A stretch of 36,576 nucleotides of DNA from Candidatus Dormiibacterota bacterium (GTDB taxonomy: Bacteria > Chloroflexota > Dormibacteria > DASZGP01), in assembly GCA_035938695.1 (NCBI GenBank), contig DASZGP010000051.1, positions 1 through 36,576 of the forward strand, in the 5' to 3' direction. The position numbers were made by a program, and so were the translations under genes. Shown here piece by piece: positions 15,164 through 24,740 of the stretch. The notes under the pieces were generated by a model that saw nothing but the letters and a program-made list of their open reading frames with translations, was not told the origin of the DNA and made no database searches. The first letter of the stretch is position 1, and each line of letters starts with the position of its first letter.

Positions 15164-16429
15164 TCAGGCGGCCACGGGCTCCGGTTGGGTACGGATCGCG
15201 AGGATCCTGGGGGAGAGGATCCAGAGGCCCGCCGCGCTGCTGGCGCAGGCCCCGGCGATCAGCGTGGGGACGGGCCCCCACCAGGTCCCCATCAGCCCGC
15301 CCACGATCGAGCCCAGCGGCATCGTGCCCCAGACGATGGTGCGCATGGTGGCGTTCATCCGGCCCTGGACCCGGTGGGGCGTGATCGCCTGCCGCAGGCT
15401 GACCTGGTTGATGTTGTAGACCGGCACCATGAAGCCGCCGACGAAGGTCGTCCCGACCATAAGCGGGAAGGCCGCCCCGAGCGTCGCCAGCGGCGTCAGG
15501 AAGAGGGCCAGGCCGCCGACCGTGCTGGTCAGCACCAGGCTCGGCCCGACCCCGGTCCGGGCGGTGATCCAGGTCGTCGAGAGCGCGCCCAGCAGGGACC
15601 CCACGCTGCCCAGGGCGAAGATCAGGCCCACGGTGCCGGGGCTGAGGTGGAGCACCTTGTAGGCGAAGATCAGCTCCACCGCGAAGAACATCGACGTGCC
15701 CAGGTTGCTGGTGGCGGTGCAGCCGGCGATCCGCCGCAGGACCGGGTTGCGGAGCACCACCCCGACGCCCTCGCGGAGCTCGGCGAGGAAGCCGGTCTCG
15801 ATCCCCAGGCCAGGCTCGGGCGCCTCCTTGGCCGGCTCGGGACGCCGGATCAGGGCCAGCGACGCCGAGGAGACCAGGAAGGAGACCGCGTCGGCGGTGA
15901 CCGCCAGCGCCGCGCCCACGGCCTGGAGCAGGAAGCCCGCGAAGGCCGGCCCGGCGACCTGGGCCGAGGAGTTGGTGACCTCCAGCTTGGAGTTGCCCTC
16001 GACCAGCTCGGAACGCTCCACCAGGGCCGGCAGGCAGGACTGGTAGGAGACGTCGAAGAAGACCGTCAGGACCCCGGTGGCGAAGGCCACCACGTAGAGC
16101 TGGGCCAGGCCCAGGACGCCGAGCCCGGCGGCCGCCGGGATGGTCCCCAGCAGCAGCGCCCGGCCCACGTCGCAGGCGATCATCAGCGGGCGGCGGCGGA
16201 CCCGGTCCGAGTACACCCCGGCGACCAGCCCCAGGAGCGGGAAGGGCAGGAACTCCAGCGTCGCCAGGATGCCCACCTGGAGGGCGTTGGCGTGGAGCCC
16301 GATGATCGCCAGCGTCGGCAGCGCGAGCTGGCTGACCTGGCTGCCGAAGCGGCTGATGGTCTGCCCCGCCCATAGCTTGAGGAAGTCCGGGTTGCCCCAG
16401 AGCGCGCCGCCGAAGAGCCGTTGCCGCAT
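15164..16429 (-). CDS. MFS transporter (EntS/MFS_3-like)
   Basis: 421 aa with about 12 hydrophobic helices. The N-terminus reads FLKLWAGQTISRFGSQVSQLALP...GVYSDRVRRRPLMI. Confidence 0.88.
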   Translation of the reverse strand: MRQRLFGGALWGNPDFLKLWAGQTISRFGSQVSQLALPTLAIIGLHANALQVGILATLEFLPFPLLGLVAGVYSDRVRRRPLMIACDVGRALLLGTIPAAAGLGVLGLAQLYVVAFATGVLTVFFDVSYQSCLPALVERSELVEGNSKLEVTNSSAQVAGPAFAGFLLQAVGAALAVTADAVSFLVSSASLALIRRPEPAKEAPEPGLGIETGFLAELREGVGVVLRNPVLRRIAGCTATSNLGTSMFFAVELIFAYKVLHLSPGTVGLIFALGSVGSLLGALSTTWITARTGVGPSLVLTSTVGGLALFLTPLATLGAAFPLMVGTTFVGGFMVPVYNINQVSLRQAITPHRVQGRMNATMRTIVWGTMPLGSIVGGLMGTWWGPVPTLIAGACASSAAGLWILSPRILAIRTQPEPVAA

Positions 16430-16488
16430 CGCGCTGAGGGTAGCGCGCGGGCGCCGCCGGCGGCAGCCGGGCTGCTAGCTTTCAAGCC

Positions 16489-17034
16489 GTGCCCGCCAAG
16501 CCGACGCGCCCCCGCGCGACCCGCCTCCGCGCCTGGTTCCTGCGCACCTTCGCCGGCCGCACCGCCGAGCAGGCAGGCTGGGACCGCGAGCCGGTGGTCG
16601 CCGCCGGCCCCGCTCGCCGCCTGACCCTCGGGGCCCTGACCCTGGACGTGGTCCCCGTCGGCCTCCGCGCCGCCGGCGCCAACCCCAGGAGCGTGGTCTA
16701 CAAGGTCACCCTGACCGCCGAGGGGTCTCCGCCGCTCCGGATCGGTGGGGGCCAGCCCCGCGCCTGGTCCTCCAGCTACGGCTTCCCCCCGGCCGAGGCG
16801 GGCGCCCTCCACGCCGCCGAGGCCGCCCTCGACGAGCTCTGGCAGGCGCACTCCGACTTCGACGCCTGGGTCGCCCAGGTCACCGCCGGCATGTCCGAGG
16901 CCGAAGCCGAGGCCATGCTCGACAGCCCCGCAGTCAGGCTCGACGCCGGCGCCGCTGCCTGGGTCGGCCCCCTCCTCGAACCCCACCGCGCCAACCGGGA
17001 GGCCGGGGGAACCTGGTTCGCGCCCGAGCCCTAG
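16489..17034 (+). CDS. Hypothetical protein
   Basis: 181-aa ORF (GTG start) filling the gap between the divergent MFS gene and the convergent dxs gene. No family was recognised. Confidence 0.4.
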   Translation: MPAKPTRPRATRLRAWFLRTFAGRTAEQAGWDREPVVAAGPARRLTLGALTLDVVPVGLRAAGANPRSVVYKVTLTAEGSPPLRIGGGQPRAWSSSYGFPPAEAGALHAAEAALDELWQAHSDFDAWVAQVTAGMSEAEAEAMLDSPAVRLDAGAAAWVGPLLEPHRANREAGGTWFAPEP

Positions 17035-17056
17035 CCCCGCCGCCGCGGTGCTCGCC

Positions 17057-18961
17057 CTAGCTCTCCGACCGCCTCCGCCGGGCCTGCGGCTGGGCCTTGC
17101 CGGCGAGCTTGCGCGCCGTCCCCGCCAGCCCCGCCGCATCCAGCCCGTGCCGCGCGAGGATGTCCTGCGGCCGCGCGTGGGGCAGGAACTCGTCGGGCAG
17201 CGCCACCACCCGCACCTTCCCCGCCAGCCCCGCCGGTGCCAGCGTCTCCAGCACCCCGGCCCCGAAGCCGCCGGTGATGACGTTGTCCTCGACGGTGATC
17301 AGCGCCGGGTAGCGCACCGCCCAGTCGGTCACCAGCCGGGGGTCCATCGGCTTGAGCCAGCGGGCGTTGACCACCCCGGCGTCGATGCCCTCCGCGGCCA
17401 GCGCCTCGGCCGCTTCCAGGGCCGTCCGGACCATCCGCCCGATGGCCAGGAAGCAGACATCGGAGCCCTTGCGGACCTCCTCCCAGCGGCCCACCGGCAG
17501 CGGCTCGACGGGCAGGTCGGGGGTCGAGGCGGCCGCCCCCTTGGGGTAGCGGATGGCCATCGGCCCGTCCAGCTTGAGCGCGGTCTCCAGGAGCGCGCAG
17601 AGCTCGGTGGCGTCAGCCGGGGCGGCGATCACCAGGTTGGGCACCAGGCGCAGGTAGGTGAGGTCGAAGATGCCGTGGTGGGAGGCGCCGTCGGGGCCGG
17701 TGACCCCGGCGCGGTCCAGCATCAGGACCACCGGCAGGCGGTGCATCCCCACGTCCAGCAGGACCTGGTCGAAGGCCCGCTGCAGGAAGGTGCTGTAGAT
17801 CGCCACCACCGGGTGCAGCCCGGTGAGCGCCAGGCCGGCGGCGAAGGTCACCGCGTGCTGCTCGCAGATGCCGACATCAAAGAAGCGCTCGGGGAACTCG
17901 CGGGCGAAGTCCAGCAGCCCGGTCGGGGAGGGCATCGCGGCGGTCAGCGCCACCACCTCGGGGTAGCGCGCGGCGGCCGACAGCAGGGCCTCGCTGAAGA
18001 CGTCGGTCCAGGTCAGCTCCTGCTTGCGCGCGGCGCCGGTGGCGGGGTCGAAGACGGCCACGTCGTGGAGCTTCTTGACCTCGTCGTCGATGGCCGGGCC
18101 GTAGCCCCGGCCCTTCTCGGTGACCACGTGGACCACCACCGGCTCGCCGAGCTGGCGCGAGCGCCGGAGCACGTCCTCCAGGGCGGTGACGTCGTGGCCG
18201 TCGACCGGGCCGGTGTACTTCAGCCCCAGGCCGTCGAAGACCGTCGAGGGCTGGAGCAGCTGCTTCATGCTCTCCTTGACCCGGAAGGCGGCCTGGTCGG
18301 CGTGCTCGCCGACCACCGGCAGGTCGCGCAGGCGCTGGCTGATCTCGGCCTTGAGCCGCTCGTAGCGGGGGTCGACCCGGAGCCCGGCGAGCTGCCGGGC
18401 CAGGCCGCCGACGGTGGGGGCGTAGGAGCGCCCGTTGTCGTTGAGGATCACCAGCAGGTTGGGCGGCTGGAGCTCGGCGATCTGGTTGAGCGCCTCGTAG
18501 GCCATCCCGCCGGTCAGCGCGCCGTCGCCGATGACCGCGATGACGTGCCCCTCCCGGCCCTGCCGCAGCCACCCCTCGGCGAGGCCCAGGGCGTAGCTCA
18601 GCGAGGTCGAGGCGTGGCTGTTCTCGATGACGTCGTGCTCGCTCTCCCGGCGTGAGGGGTAGCCCGACAGCCCGCCCTCCTGGCGCAGGGTCGGGAAGTC
18701 GTCGCGCCGCCCGGTGACCAGCTTGTGGACGTAGGCCTGGTGCCCGGTGTCCCAGACGATGGCGTCCCGGGGCGACTCGAAGACCCGGTGCAGCGCCAGG
18801 GTCAGCTCGACGACGCCGAGGTTGGGCGAGAGGTGCCCGCCGGTCGCCGCGATGCGCTGGACCAGGAACTCGCGGATCTCCGCGCAGAGGCGGTCGAGCT
18901 GGGCGCGGTCCAGACCCCGCAGGTCGGCCGGGGAGCTGATGGTGTCGAGCAGGCCGTCCAA
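17057..18961 (-). CDS. dxs: 1-deoxy-D-xylulose-5-phosphate synthase
   Basis: Contains [14 protein letters not shown]...[16 protein letters not shown]...[13 protein letters not shown]...[15 protein letters not shown] and transketolase-like C-terminal domains. The start is either the TTG at 18961 (MDGLLDT) or the GTG at 18979; the longer track ORF is unlikely. Confidence 0.92.
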   Translation of the reverse strand: MDGLLDTISSPADLRGLDRAQLDRLCAEIREFLVQRIAATGGHLSPNLGVVELTLALHRVFESPRDAIVWDTGHQAYVHKLVTGRRDDFPTLRQEGGLSGYPSRRESEHDVIENSHASTSLSYALGLAEGWLRQGREGHVIAVIGDGALTGGMAYEALNQIAELQPPNLLVILNDNGRSYAPTVGGLARQLAGLRVDPRYERLKAEISQRLRDLPVVGEHADQAAFRVKESMKQLLQPSTVFDGLGLKYTGPVDGHDVTALEDVLRRSRQLGEPVVVHVVTEKGRGYGPAIDDEVKKLHDVAVFDPATGAARKQELTWTDVFSEALLSAAARYPEVVALTAAMPSPTGLLDFAREFPERFFDVGICEQHAVTFAAGLALTGLHPVVAIYSTFLQRAFDQVLLDVGMHRLPVVLMLDRAGVTGPDGASHHGIFDLTYLRLVPNLVIAAPADATELCALLETALKLDGPMAIRYPKGAAASTPDLPVEPLPVGRWEEVRKGSDVCFLAIGRMVRTALEAAEALAAEGIDAGVVNARWLKPMDPRLVTDWAVRYPALITVEDNVITGGFGAGVLETLAPAGLAGKVRVVALPDEFLPHARPQDILARHGLDAAGLAGTARKLAGKAQPQARRRRSES

Positions 18962-19013
18962 ACCAACCCAAGCGTACACGCGGGGCGGATGCCCGGCGCC
19001 TAGAATCGAACCG

Positions 19014-19898
19014 ATGGCGGCCTTTCTGCAGGTGCTGCCTCCCGCGTGCCTGGTTCCGGTTCCGGGGGTCGGCGAGATGTTCGTCCGCGACAGCGGCGAG
19101 CGTGCCGAGAGCCGGGGCACGGTGCTCCTGCTGCACGGTTGGATGTTCGCCGCCGACCTCAACTGGATCACCTGCTTCGGGCCGCTGGTGGAGGCCGGCT
19201 ACCGGGTCGTCGCCGTCGACCACCGGGGCCACGGCCGGGGGCTGCGGACGCTGGCCCCGTTCCGCCTCCAGGACTGCGCCGACGACGCCGCCGCGCTGCT
19301 GCGCCACCTCGGCGCCAGGCCCGCGCTGGTGGTCGGCTACTCGATGGGCGGCGCGATCACCCAGCTGATGGCCCGCCGGCATCGCGACGTGGTGGCCGGG
19401 ATCGTGCTCTCGGCCACCTCCCTGTACTGGAGCGGCGACCGCCGCAGCCGCGTCTTCTGGAAGGCCATGGGCCTGCTCCAGCTCTACCTCCGCACCTCGT
19501 CCCGGCGGGTCTGGCAGCGGGCCCTGAAGCGGCGCGGGATGACCATGGACGACGAGGTCGCGGTCTGGCTGGTGACCGAGCTGGAGCGCGGCGACCCGGC
19601 CGCCATCGCCGAGGCCGGTCGCGAGCTGGGCCGTTTCGACTCCCGGCTCTGGGCCAGCGAACTGGACCTGCCGACGGCGGTCGTCTGCACCACCCGGGAC
19701 CGCCTGGTCCTGCCGGTCAACCAGCGGCTGATCGCCGACACCATTCCCGGGGCGCGGCTGTTCGAGGTCGCCGGCGACCACACCGCGGTCGGCATGCTGC
19801 CCCACCTCTACGTGCCGGCGCTACTGGAGGCCGTGGACGACGTCCGGGGGCGGGTGGCGGAGGCCGCCGGCAGTCCCCGCGCCGAGGGCGCCGCCTGA
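19014..19898 (+). CDS. Alpha/beta-fold hydrolase
   Basis: Contains VLLLHGW, VAVDHRGHGRG and the nucleophile elbow GYSMGG. ATG at 19014. Confidence 0.85.
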   Translation: MAAFLQVLPPACLVPVPGVGEMFVRDSGERAESRGTVLLLHGWMFAADLNWITCFGPLVEAGYRVVAVDHRGHGRGLRTLAPFRLQDCADDAAALLRHLGARPALVVGYSMGGAITQLMARRHRDVVAGIVLSATSLYWSGDRRSRVFWKAMGLLQLYLRTSSRRVWQRALKRRGMTMDDEVAVWLVTELERGDPAAIAEAGRELGRFDSRLWASELDLPTAVVCTTRDRLVLPVNQRLIADTIPGARLFEVAGDHTAVGMLPHLYVPALLEAVDDVRGRVAEAAGSPRAEGAA

Positions 19899-19937
19899 CC
19901 GACCAGGGTCGGCCGGCGGCTCGGCCCTCGGGTCAGC

Positions 19938-20171
19938 CTAGGCCAGGCAGTTGAGCAGGCTGGCGCAGATGTTGCGGTTGCCGACGCACTCGCTCGGCTG
20001 CGAGTAGGTCGTGGGGTAGACGCAGAACACCGTGGCCAACGTGGGGTTCTGGGTCAGGCAGCGGATGCTGCTGACGTAGACCGCCCCGGCGGCGATGGCG
20101 CCGAGGTCGTCGCCGCCGAGCTCGCGCACGGTTTCCCGGGAGAGGGTGAGGCGCTTGGTGCCGTTCTTCAT
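19938..20171 (-). CDS. lanA: Lanthipeptide precursor A3: about 30-aa leader ending GA and 47-aa core with 5 Cys and 10 Ser/Thr
   Basis: Sequence: MKNGTKRLTLSRETVRELGGDDLGAIAAGA | VYVSSIRCLTQNPTLATVFCVYPTTYSQPSECVGNRNICASLLNCLA. GGGAAGG lies directly upstream of the ATG at 20171, which is 10 nt after the A4 stop. Confidence 0.75.
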   Translation of the reverse strand: MKNGTKRLTLSRETVRELGGDDLGAIAAGAVYVSSIRCLTQNPTLATVFCVYPTTYSQPSECVGNRNICASLLNCLA

Positions 20172-20181
20172 CCTTCCCGGC

Positions 20182-20364
20182 TCAGGCGCAGATTGCCGTT
20201 CTGACGCAGGGGAGATCGGTGCGGCAGTAGCAGTTGGTCAGCTCGGTCTGGTTGGTGGTCTGGGGACAGCCGAGGCTGCCGGCCAGGTGGCCGCCGCGGG
20301 CGTCGAGGTCTTCGGGGCTCAGCTCGCGGACGGTCTCCCGCGAAAGTGCGAGGTTGCGCTTCAT
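20182..20364 (-). CDS. lanA: Lanthipeptide precursor A4: 25-aa leader and 35-aa core with 5 Cys and 7 Ser/Thr
   Basis: Sequence: MKRNLALSRETVRELSPEDLDARGG | HLAGSLGCPQTTNQTELTNCYCRTDLPCVRTAICA. ATG at 20364 preceded by GGGAGAAGcccc. Confidence 0.8.
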   Translation of the reverse strand: MKRNLALSRETVRELSPEDLDARGGHLAGSLGCPQTTNQTELTNCYCRTDLPCVRTAICA

Positions 20365-20473
20365 GGGGCTTCTCCCTACCGGTCCCCGGCGAGCCCGGAC
20401 GCGCCGTGACGGCACGCGCGAGGCGCTGGCGGACCCATTCCTTCCCGGCCGGTCAGACACCGGCCGCCAGGAC

Positions 20474-20503
20474 ATGCTAGGCGGGTCGCCCGGCGCCGGT
20501 CAA
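20474..20503 (-). promoter_or_regulatory. Putative sigma-70-type promoter for lanA4-lanA3
   Basis: On the minus strand: TTGACC (20503-20498), an 18-nt spacer, then TAGCAT (20479-20474). Downstream is a structured leader with an outer CTGGCGG/CCGCCAG stem and an inner hairpin at 20447-20465. Confidence 0.4.
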
Positions 20504-20510
20504 GCGGGCG

Positions 20511-21479
20511 TCAACCGGCGGTCGCGGTCAGCTCCAGCAGCTGGTCGAGCGGGTCGGCGACGGCGTCGTCGGCGGCCATATCGGCGATCACCGCGCGCTC
20601 GATCTCCTCCAAGCGCTTGCCGCGGTCGCGCTCCAGCACCTTCATGCGGCGGTCGAAGAGGTCGGAGGCCACCAGCACGAACTCGGTCAGGGTGGTGCCG
20701 AAGGGCGGGTTGTCCTCGTCGTACGCCTCGTAGAACTCCGGCAGCACCGCCAGCGCGGTCGGGAAGAGCTCGTTCATCCGGCGCTTGATGACGTCCCAGA
20801 TCGCGTCGTCCTCGCTGACCAGCCGGTTCAGCAGGTACACCCCGTAGCGGATGTGCCGCGACTCGTCGCGCGCCGTCAGCTTGATCCCCGAGAGCATCCC
20901 CGGCAGCAGCCCGTTGGCCTCGATGTTCTTGCGGAAGCCGTAGTAGCCGGTCTCCGCCAGCATCCCCTCGATGACCATGTTGTAGGTCACCGAGGCCTCC
21001 GCCAGGGCCTCGCGGGAGTCGTCGTCGACGAGCCGGTTCATGGCCGCCGGGAGGTCCTCGAAGAAGAGCTTGCGGTAGCTCGGGGTGACGTACTTGTGGA
21101 GGTCGTAGTCGACCCGGGGCACCTCGTCGAGCCAGCGGCGGAAGAACTCCACGTGCTTGGCCTCCTCCCAGAGGAAGGACGTCAGGTAGATCTCCTCCTC
21201 GACGTGCCCGCCGCGGGCGATGGCCATGATCAGGGGCAGGAGGTCGACGGTGACCGCCTCCTCGCCGGCCTGGAAGAGGGCGATGTCGCGGAGGAAGAAG
21301 TCGCGCTCGACGTCGCTGAGCCTGGCCCAGTCGACCCGGTCCTGGGTGAAGTCGATGTCGGCGGGGTCCCAGGTGCCGAGCTTCTTGGCCTTCTGGAAGA
21401 GGCGCATGGGGACGCTGTCGAAGCGCAGTCCTCGCGCCGACGTCGTCTGATAACCCTGGCGCTGGATCGTCGCCGCCAC
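20511..21479 (-). CDS. R2-like ligand-binding oxidase (ferritin-like, RNR small-subunit superfamily)
   Basis: Contains MRLFQKAKKLGTWDPADIDFTQD...FQAGEEAV...LWEEAKHVEFF...EGMLAETGYY...ARDESRHI, the di-metal carboxylate motifs. The likely start is the GTG at 21479, with AGGAGG 6 nt upstream. Confidence 0.82.
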   Translation of the reverse strand: MAATIQRQGYQTTSARGLRFDSVPMRLFQKAKKLGTWDPADIDFTQDRVDWARLSDVERDFFLRDIALFQAGEEAVTVDLLPLIMAIARGGHVEEEIYLTSFLWEEAKHVEFFRRWLDEVPRVDYDLHKYVTPSYRKLFFEDLPAAMNRLVDDDSREALAEASVTYNMVIEGMLAETGYYGFRKNIEANGLLPGMLSGIKLTARDESRHIRYGVYLLNRLVSEDDAIWDVIKRRMNELFPTALAVLPEFYEAYDEDNPPFGTTLTEFVLVASDLFDRRMKVLERDRGKRLEEIERAVIADMAADDAVADPLDQLLELTATAG

Positions 21480-21574
21480 GTCACACCTCCTGCTCAACCC
21501 GCTGTGGTGGTCAGGGTAACACCGGGCGGCGGCGGCGCCCGGGCCACTTGCGCCGGTGCCCGAGGATTGTCGGG

Positions 21575-22537
<963 letters not shown>

Positions 22538-22562
22538 CGCCGCCCTCGGGTGGCGCGGCGGC

Positions 22563-23840
22563 GTGACCCCGCGCGGGTTCCTGGCCCGGCTGCGGCACCT
22601 GGCCGTCGACCTCACCCCGCTGCGCGAGTCGCGCGACTTCCGACTGCTCTGGAGCGGGCAGCTGATCTCCATGGTCGGCCGCCAGATCACCACCGTGGCG
22701 CTGCCCTTCCAGGTCTTCCAGATGACCGGCTCGTCGCTGGCCGTCGGCACCCTGGGCCTGGTCCAGCTGGTGCCCTACATCGTGATGTCGCTGGCGGGGG
22801 GCAGCCTGGCCGACAGCTACGACCGGCGCAAGCTGCTGCTGGGGACCCAGGTCGGCCTCGCCGCCACCTCGGGGCTGCTGGCGCTGGGCGCCTTTGGCGG
22901 GCGTCCCGCGCTGCTCTTCGTCTACGCCGTGGCCGGCCTGGCCTCGGCGATCTCGGCGATCGACCTGCCGGCGCGCGCCGCCACCACTCCCAACCTCGTC
23001 CCGCCCCGGCGCCTGGCGGCCGCGCTCTCGCTGAACTTCGCCCTCTTCCAGGTGACGCTGGTCGCCGGGCCGGCGGTGGGCGGGCTGATCATCGCCCGCT
23101 TCGGGCTGGGCTGGGGCTACCTGATCGACGTCGCCACCTTCGGCGCCTCGATCGCCGCGGTGCTGCTGCTGCGGCCCCAGCGTCCGGTGGGGGCGCGCCG
23201 GGAGCCGCCGCTGCTGGCGATCGGGCGGGGCCTGCGCTTCGTCGGGGAGAGGCAGCCGATCCTGGGCTGCTTCGTCGCCGACCTCGACGCCATGATCCTG
23301 GCCTGGCCCCGGGCGCTGTTCCCGGTGATCGCCCTGCAGGGCTACCACGCCGGCGCCGCCGGCCTGGGGCTGCTCTTCGCGGCCCCCGGGGTGGGCTCGG
23401 TGGTGGCCTCGCTGCTCTCCGGCTTCGTCGGCGGGCTGCGCCACCAGGGCCGGGCGGTGCTGATCTCGGTGGCGGTCTGGGGCCTGGGGATCGCGCTCTT
23501 CGGCCTGACCACCTTCTCGCTGCCCCTGGGCCTGGCCTGCCTGGCCCTCGCCGGGGCCGCCGACGCGATCAGCGCCATCGCGCGCGGCACCATCATCCAG
23601 ACCATCACCCCCGACCGCCTCCGGGGCCGGCTCTCGGCGACCAACTCCATGGTGGTGGTCGGCGGCCCCTACCTGGGCGACTTCCGGGGCGGCGCGATGG
23701 CCTCGCTGATCGGGCCGGGCACCGCGCTGGTGGCCGGCGGGGTGCTCTGCGTGGCGGTCTGCGGCCTGATCGCGGCGCTCCTGCCCCGGCTGCGCGACTA
23801 CGACTCCACGGCACCCCCGGTGGCGGCGCCCGACGGCTAG
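22563..23840 (+). CDS. MFS transporter (EntS/MFS_3-like), paralogous in type to 15164-16429
   Basis: Contains DFRLLWSGQLISMVGRQITTVALPFQVF...LADSYDRRKLLL and about 12 hydrophobic helices. The likely start is the GTG at 22563, 25 nt after the preceding stop. Confidence 0.85.
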   Translation: MTPRGFLARLRHLAVDLTPLRESRDFRLLWSGQLISMVGRQITTVALPFQVFQMTGSSLAVGTLGLVQLVPYIVMSLAGGSLADSYDRRKLLLGTQVGLAATSGLLALGAFGGRPALLFVYAVAGLASAISAIDLPARAATTPNLVPPRRLAAALSLNFALFQVTLVAGPAVGGLIIARFGLGWGYLIDVATFGASIAAVLLLRPQRPVGARREPPLLAIGRGLRFVGERQPILGCFVADLDAMILAWPRALFPVIALQGYHAGAAGLGLLFAAPGVGSVVASLLSGFVGGLRHQGRAVLISVAVWGLGIALFGLTTFSLPLGLACLALAGAADAISAIARGTIIQTITPDRLRGRLSATNSMVVVGGPYLGDFRGGAMASLIGPGTALVAGGVLCVAVCGLIAALLPRLRDYDSTAPPVAAPDG

Positions 23841-24256
23841 AGCGGCCTGCGCCCCCTGAACCCCTCGCCGATCCGGTGCCAGTGGGCCACGCTCGGCTCG
23901 CCCAGGCGCCAGCACAGCTCGACCAGCTCGCCGTCACGGTCGGACAGGAAGTCGACCAGGCCGGTCCAGGGGTCCTTGACCTGGATCGCCATCCGCTCCA
24001 GGCTGCCCAGCGCCACGGTCAGCGCCATCTCGGCGCCGGCCAGCTGCTCCTCGGCGGCCTCCAGCTCCAGCCGGTCGGCCTCGGAGGCCACCGCGCGGGC
24101 CGCCTTGAAGGCCGCGGTCCGCACCCGTTCCTGCATCTCGGGGATCGCCGGCAGGACGTCGGCGACCCGGCGCACGATGGCCTCGACCTCCGGCAGGGCG
24201 GCGTTGGCCTGCGCCGGCGTGTAGGTCCTCGGCGCGTCCTCGGTCATGCGGGCCAT
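23837..24256 (-). CDS. DUF2203-family protein
   Basis: 139 aa ending ...IQVKDPWTGLVDFLSDRDGELVELCWRLGEPSVAHWHRIGEGFRGRRPL, which I recall as the DUF2203 pattern. Its stop overlaps the MFS stop at a CTAG. Confidence 0.65.
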   Translation of the reverse strand: MARMTEDAPRTYTPAQANAALPEVEAIVRRVADVLPAIPEMQERVRTAAFKAARAVASEADRLELEAAEEQLAGAEMALTVALGSLERMAIQVKDPWTGLVDFLSDRDGELVELCWRLGEPSVAHWHRIGEGFRGRRPL

Positions 24257-24271
24257 CCCGCCGTCCCCGCC

Positions 24272-24694
24272 CTAGCCATCGTCCCGCCGCGGCGCCTGGC
24301 GCATCGACTTGACCTCGCCGCGCCGGGTCTTGGCGGCGATCCGCCGGGCCTCCGCGCCGCGGCTCGGCCGGGTCGGGCGCCGCGGCGGGGGCGGGGGCGC
24401 CAGCGCCTCCCGCACCAGCTCCAGCAGCCGCTCGGCGACGATCTCCCGGTTGCGGGTCAGGAAGCGGCTCTCCTGGCTCATCAGCCGGAGCGGCTCGACC
24501 TCCAGCCGCAGCCCCCAGCGGAGCCGCGCCGCGACCTCCTCCGGCAGCCCCTCCAGGTGCTCCTCGGCGACGGTCAGCTCGGCGCGAGTCTCGACCTTGT
24601 CCCGCCGCTGCCCGCCCGGCCCGCTCGACCGGCTGGCCCGCCAGAGCGCGTTCTTGAGGATCTGGTCGGCGGCGGCCTCGGCGTCCATGGTCAT
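24272..24694 (-). CDS. RF-1-domain peptidyl-tRNA hydrolase (ArfB-like ribosome rescue factor)
   Basis: Contains the GGQ motif in SSGPGGQRRDKVETRAEL and a basic C-terminal tail. ATG at 24694. Confidence 0.75.
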   Translation of the reverse strand: MTMDAEAAADQILKNALWRASRSSGPGGQRRDKVETRAELTVAEEHLEGLPEEVAARLRWGLRLEVEPLRLMSQESRFLTRNREIVAERLLELVREALAPPPPPRRPTRPSRGAEARRIAAKTRRGEVKSMRQAPRRDDG

Positions 24695-24740
24695 CTGATT
24701 GTGGCGTGCCGCGCCGGGCCCCGAAGTTACAATCCGGCTC

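Noticed and set aside
16745-19805. 636-aa plus-strand ORF (16745-18655) and 642-aa minus-strand ORF (17877-19805) overlapping dxs and the hydrolase
   Set aside because: These are off-frame or antisense to dxs, which has clear TPP-binding and transketolase motifs, and to the alpha/beta hydrolase. Their composition is low-complexity.
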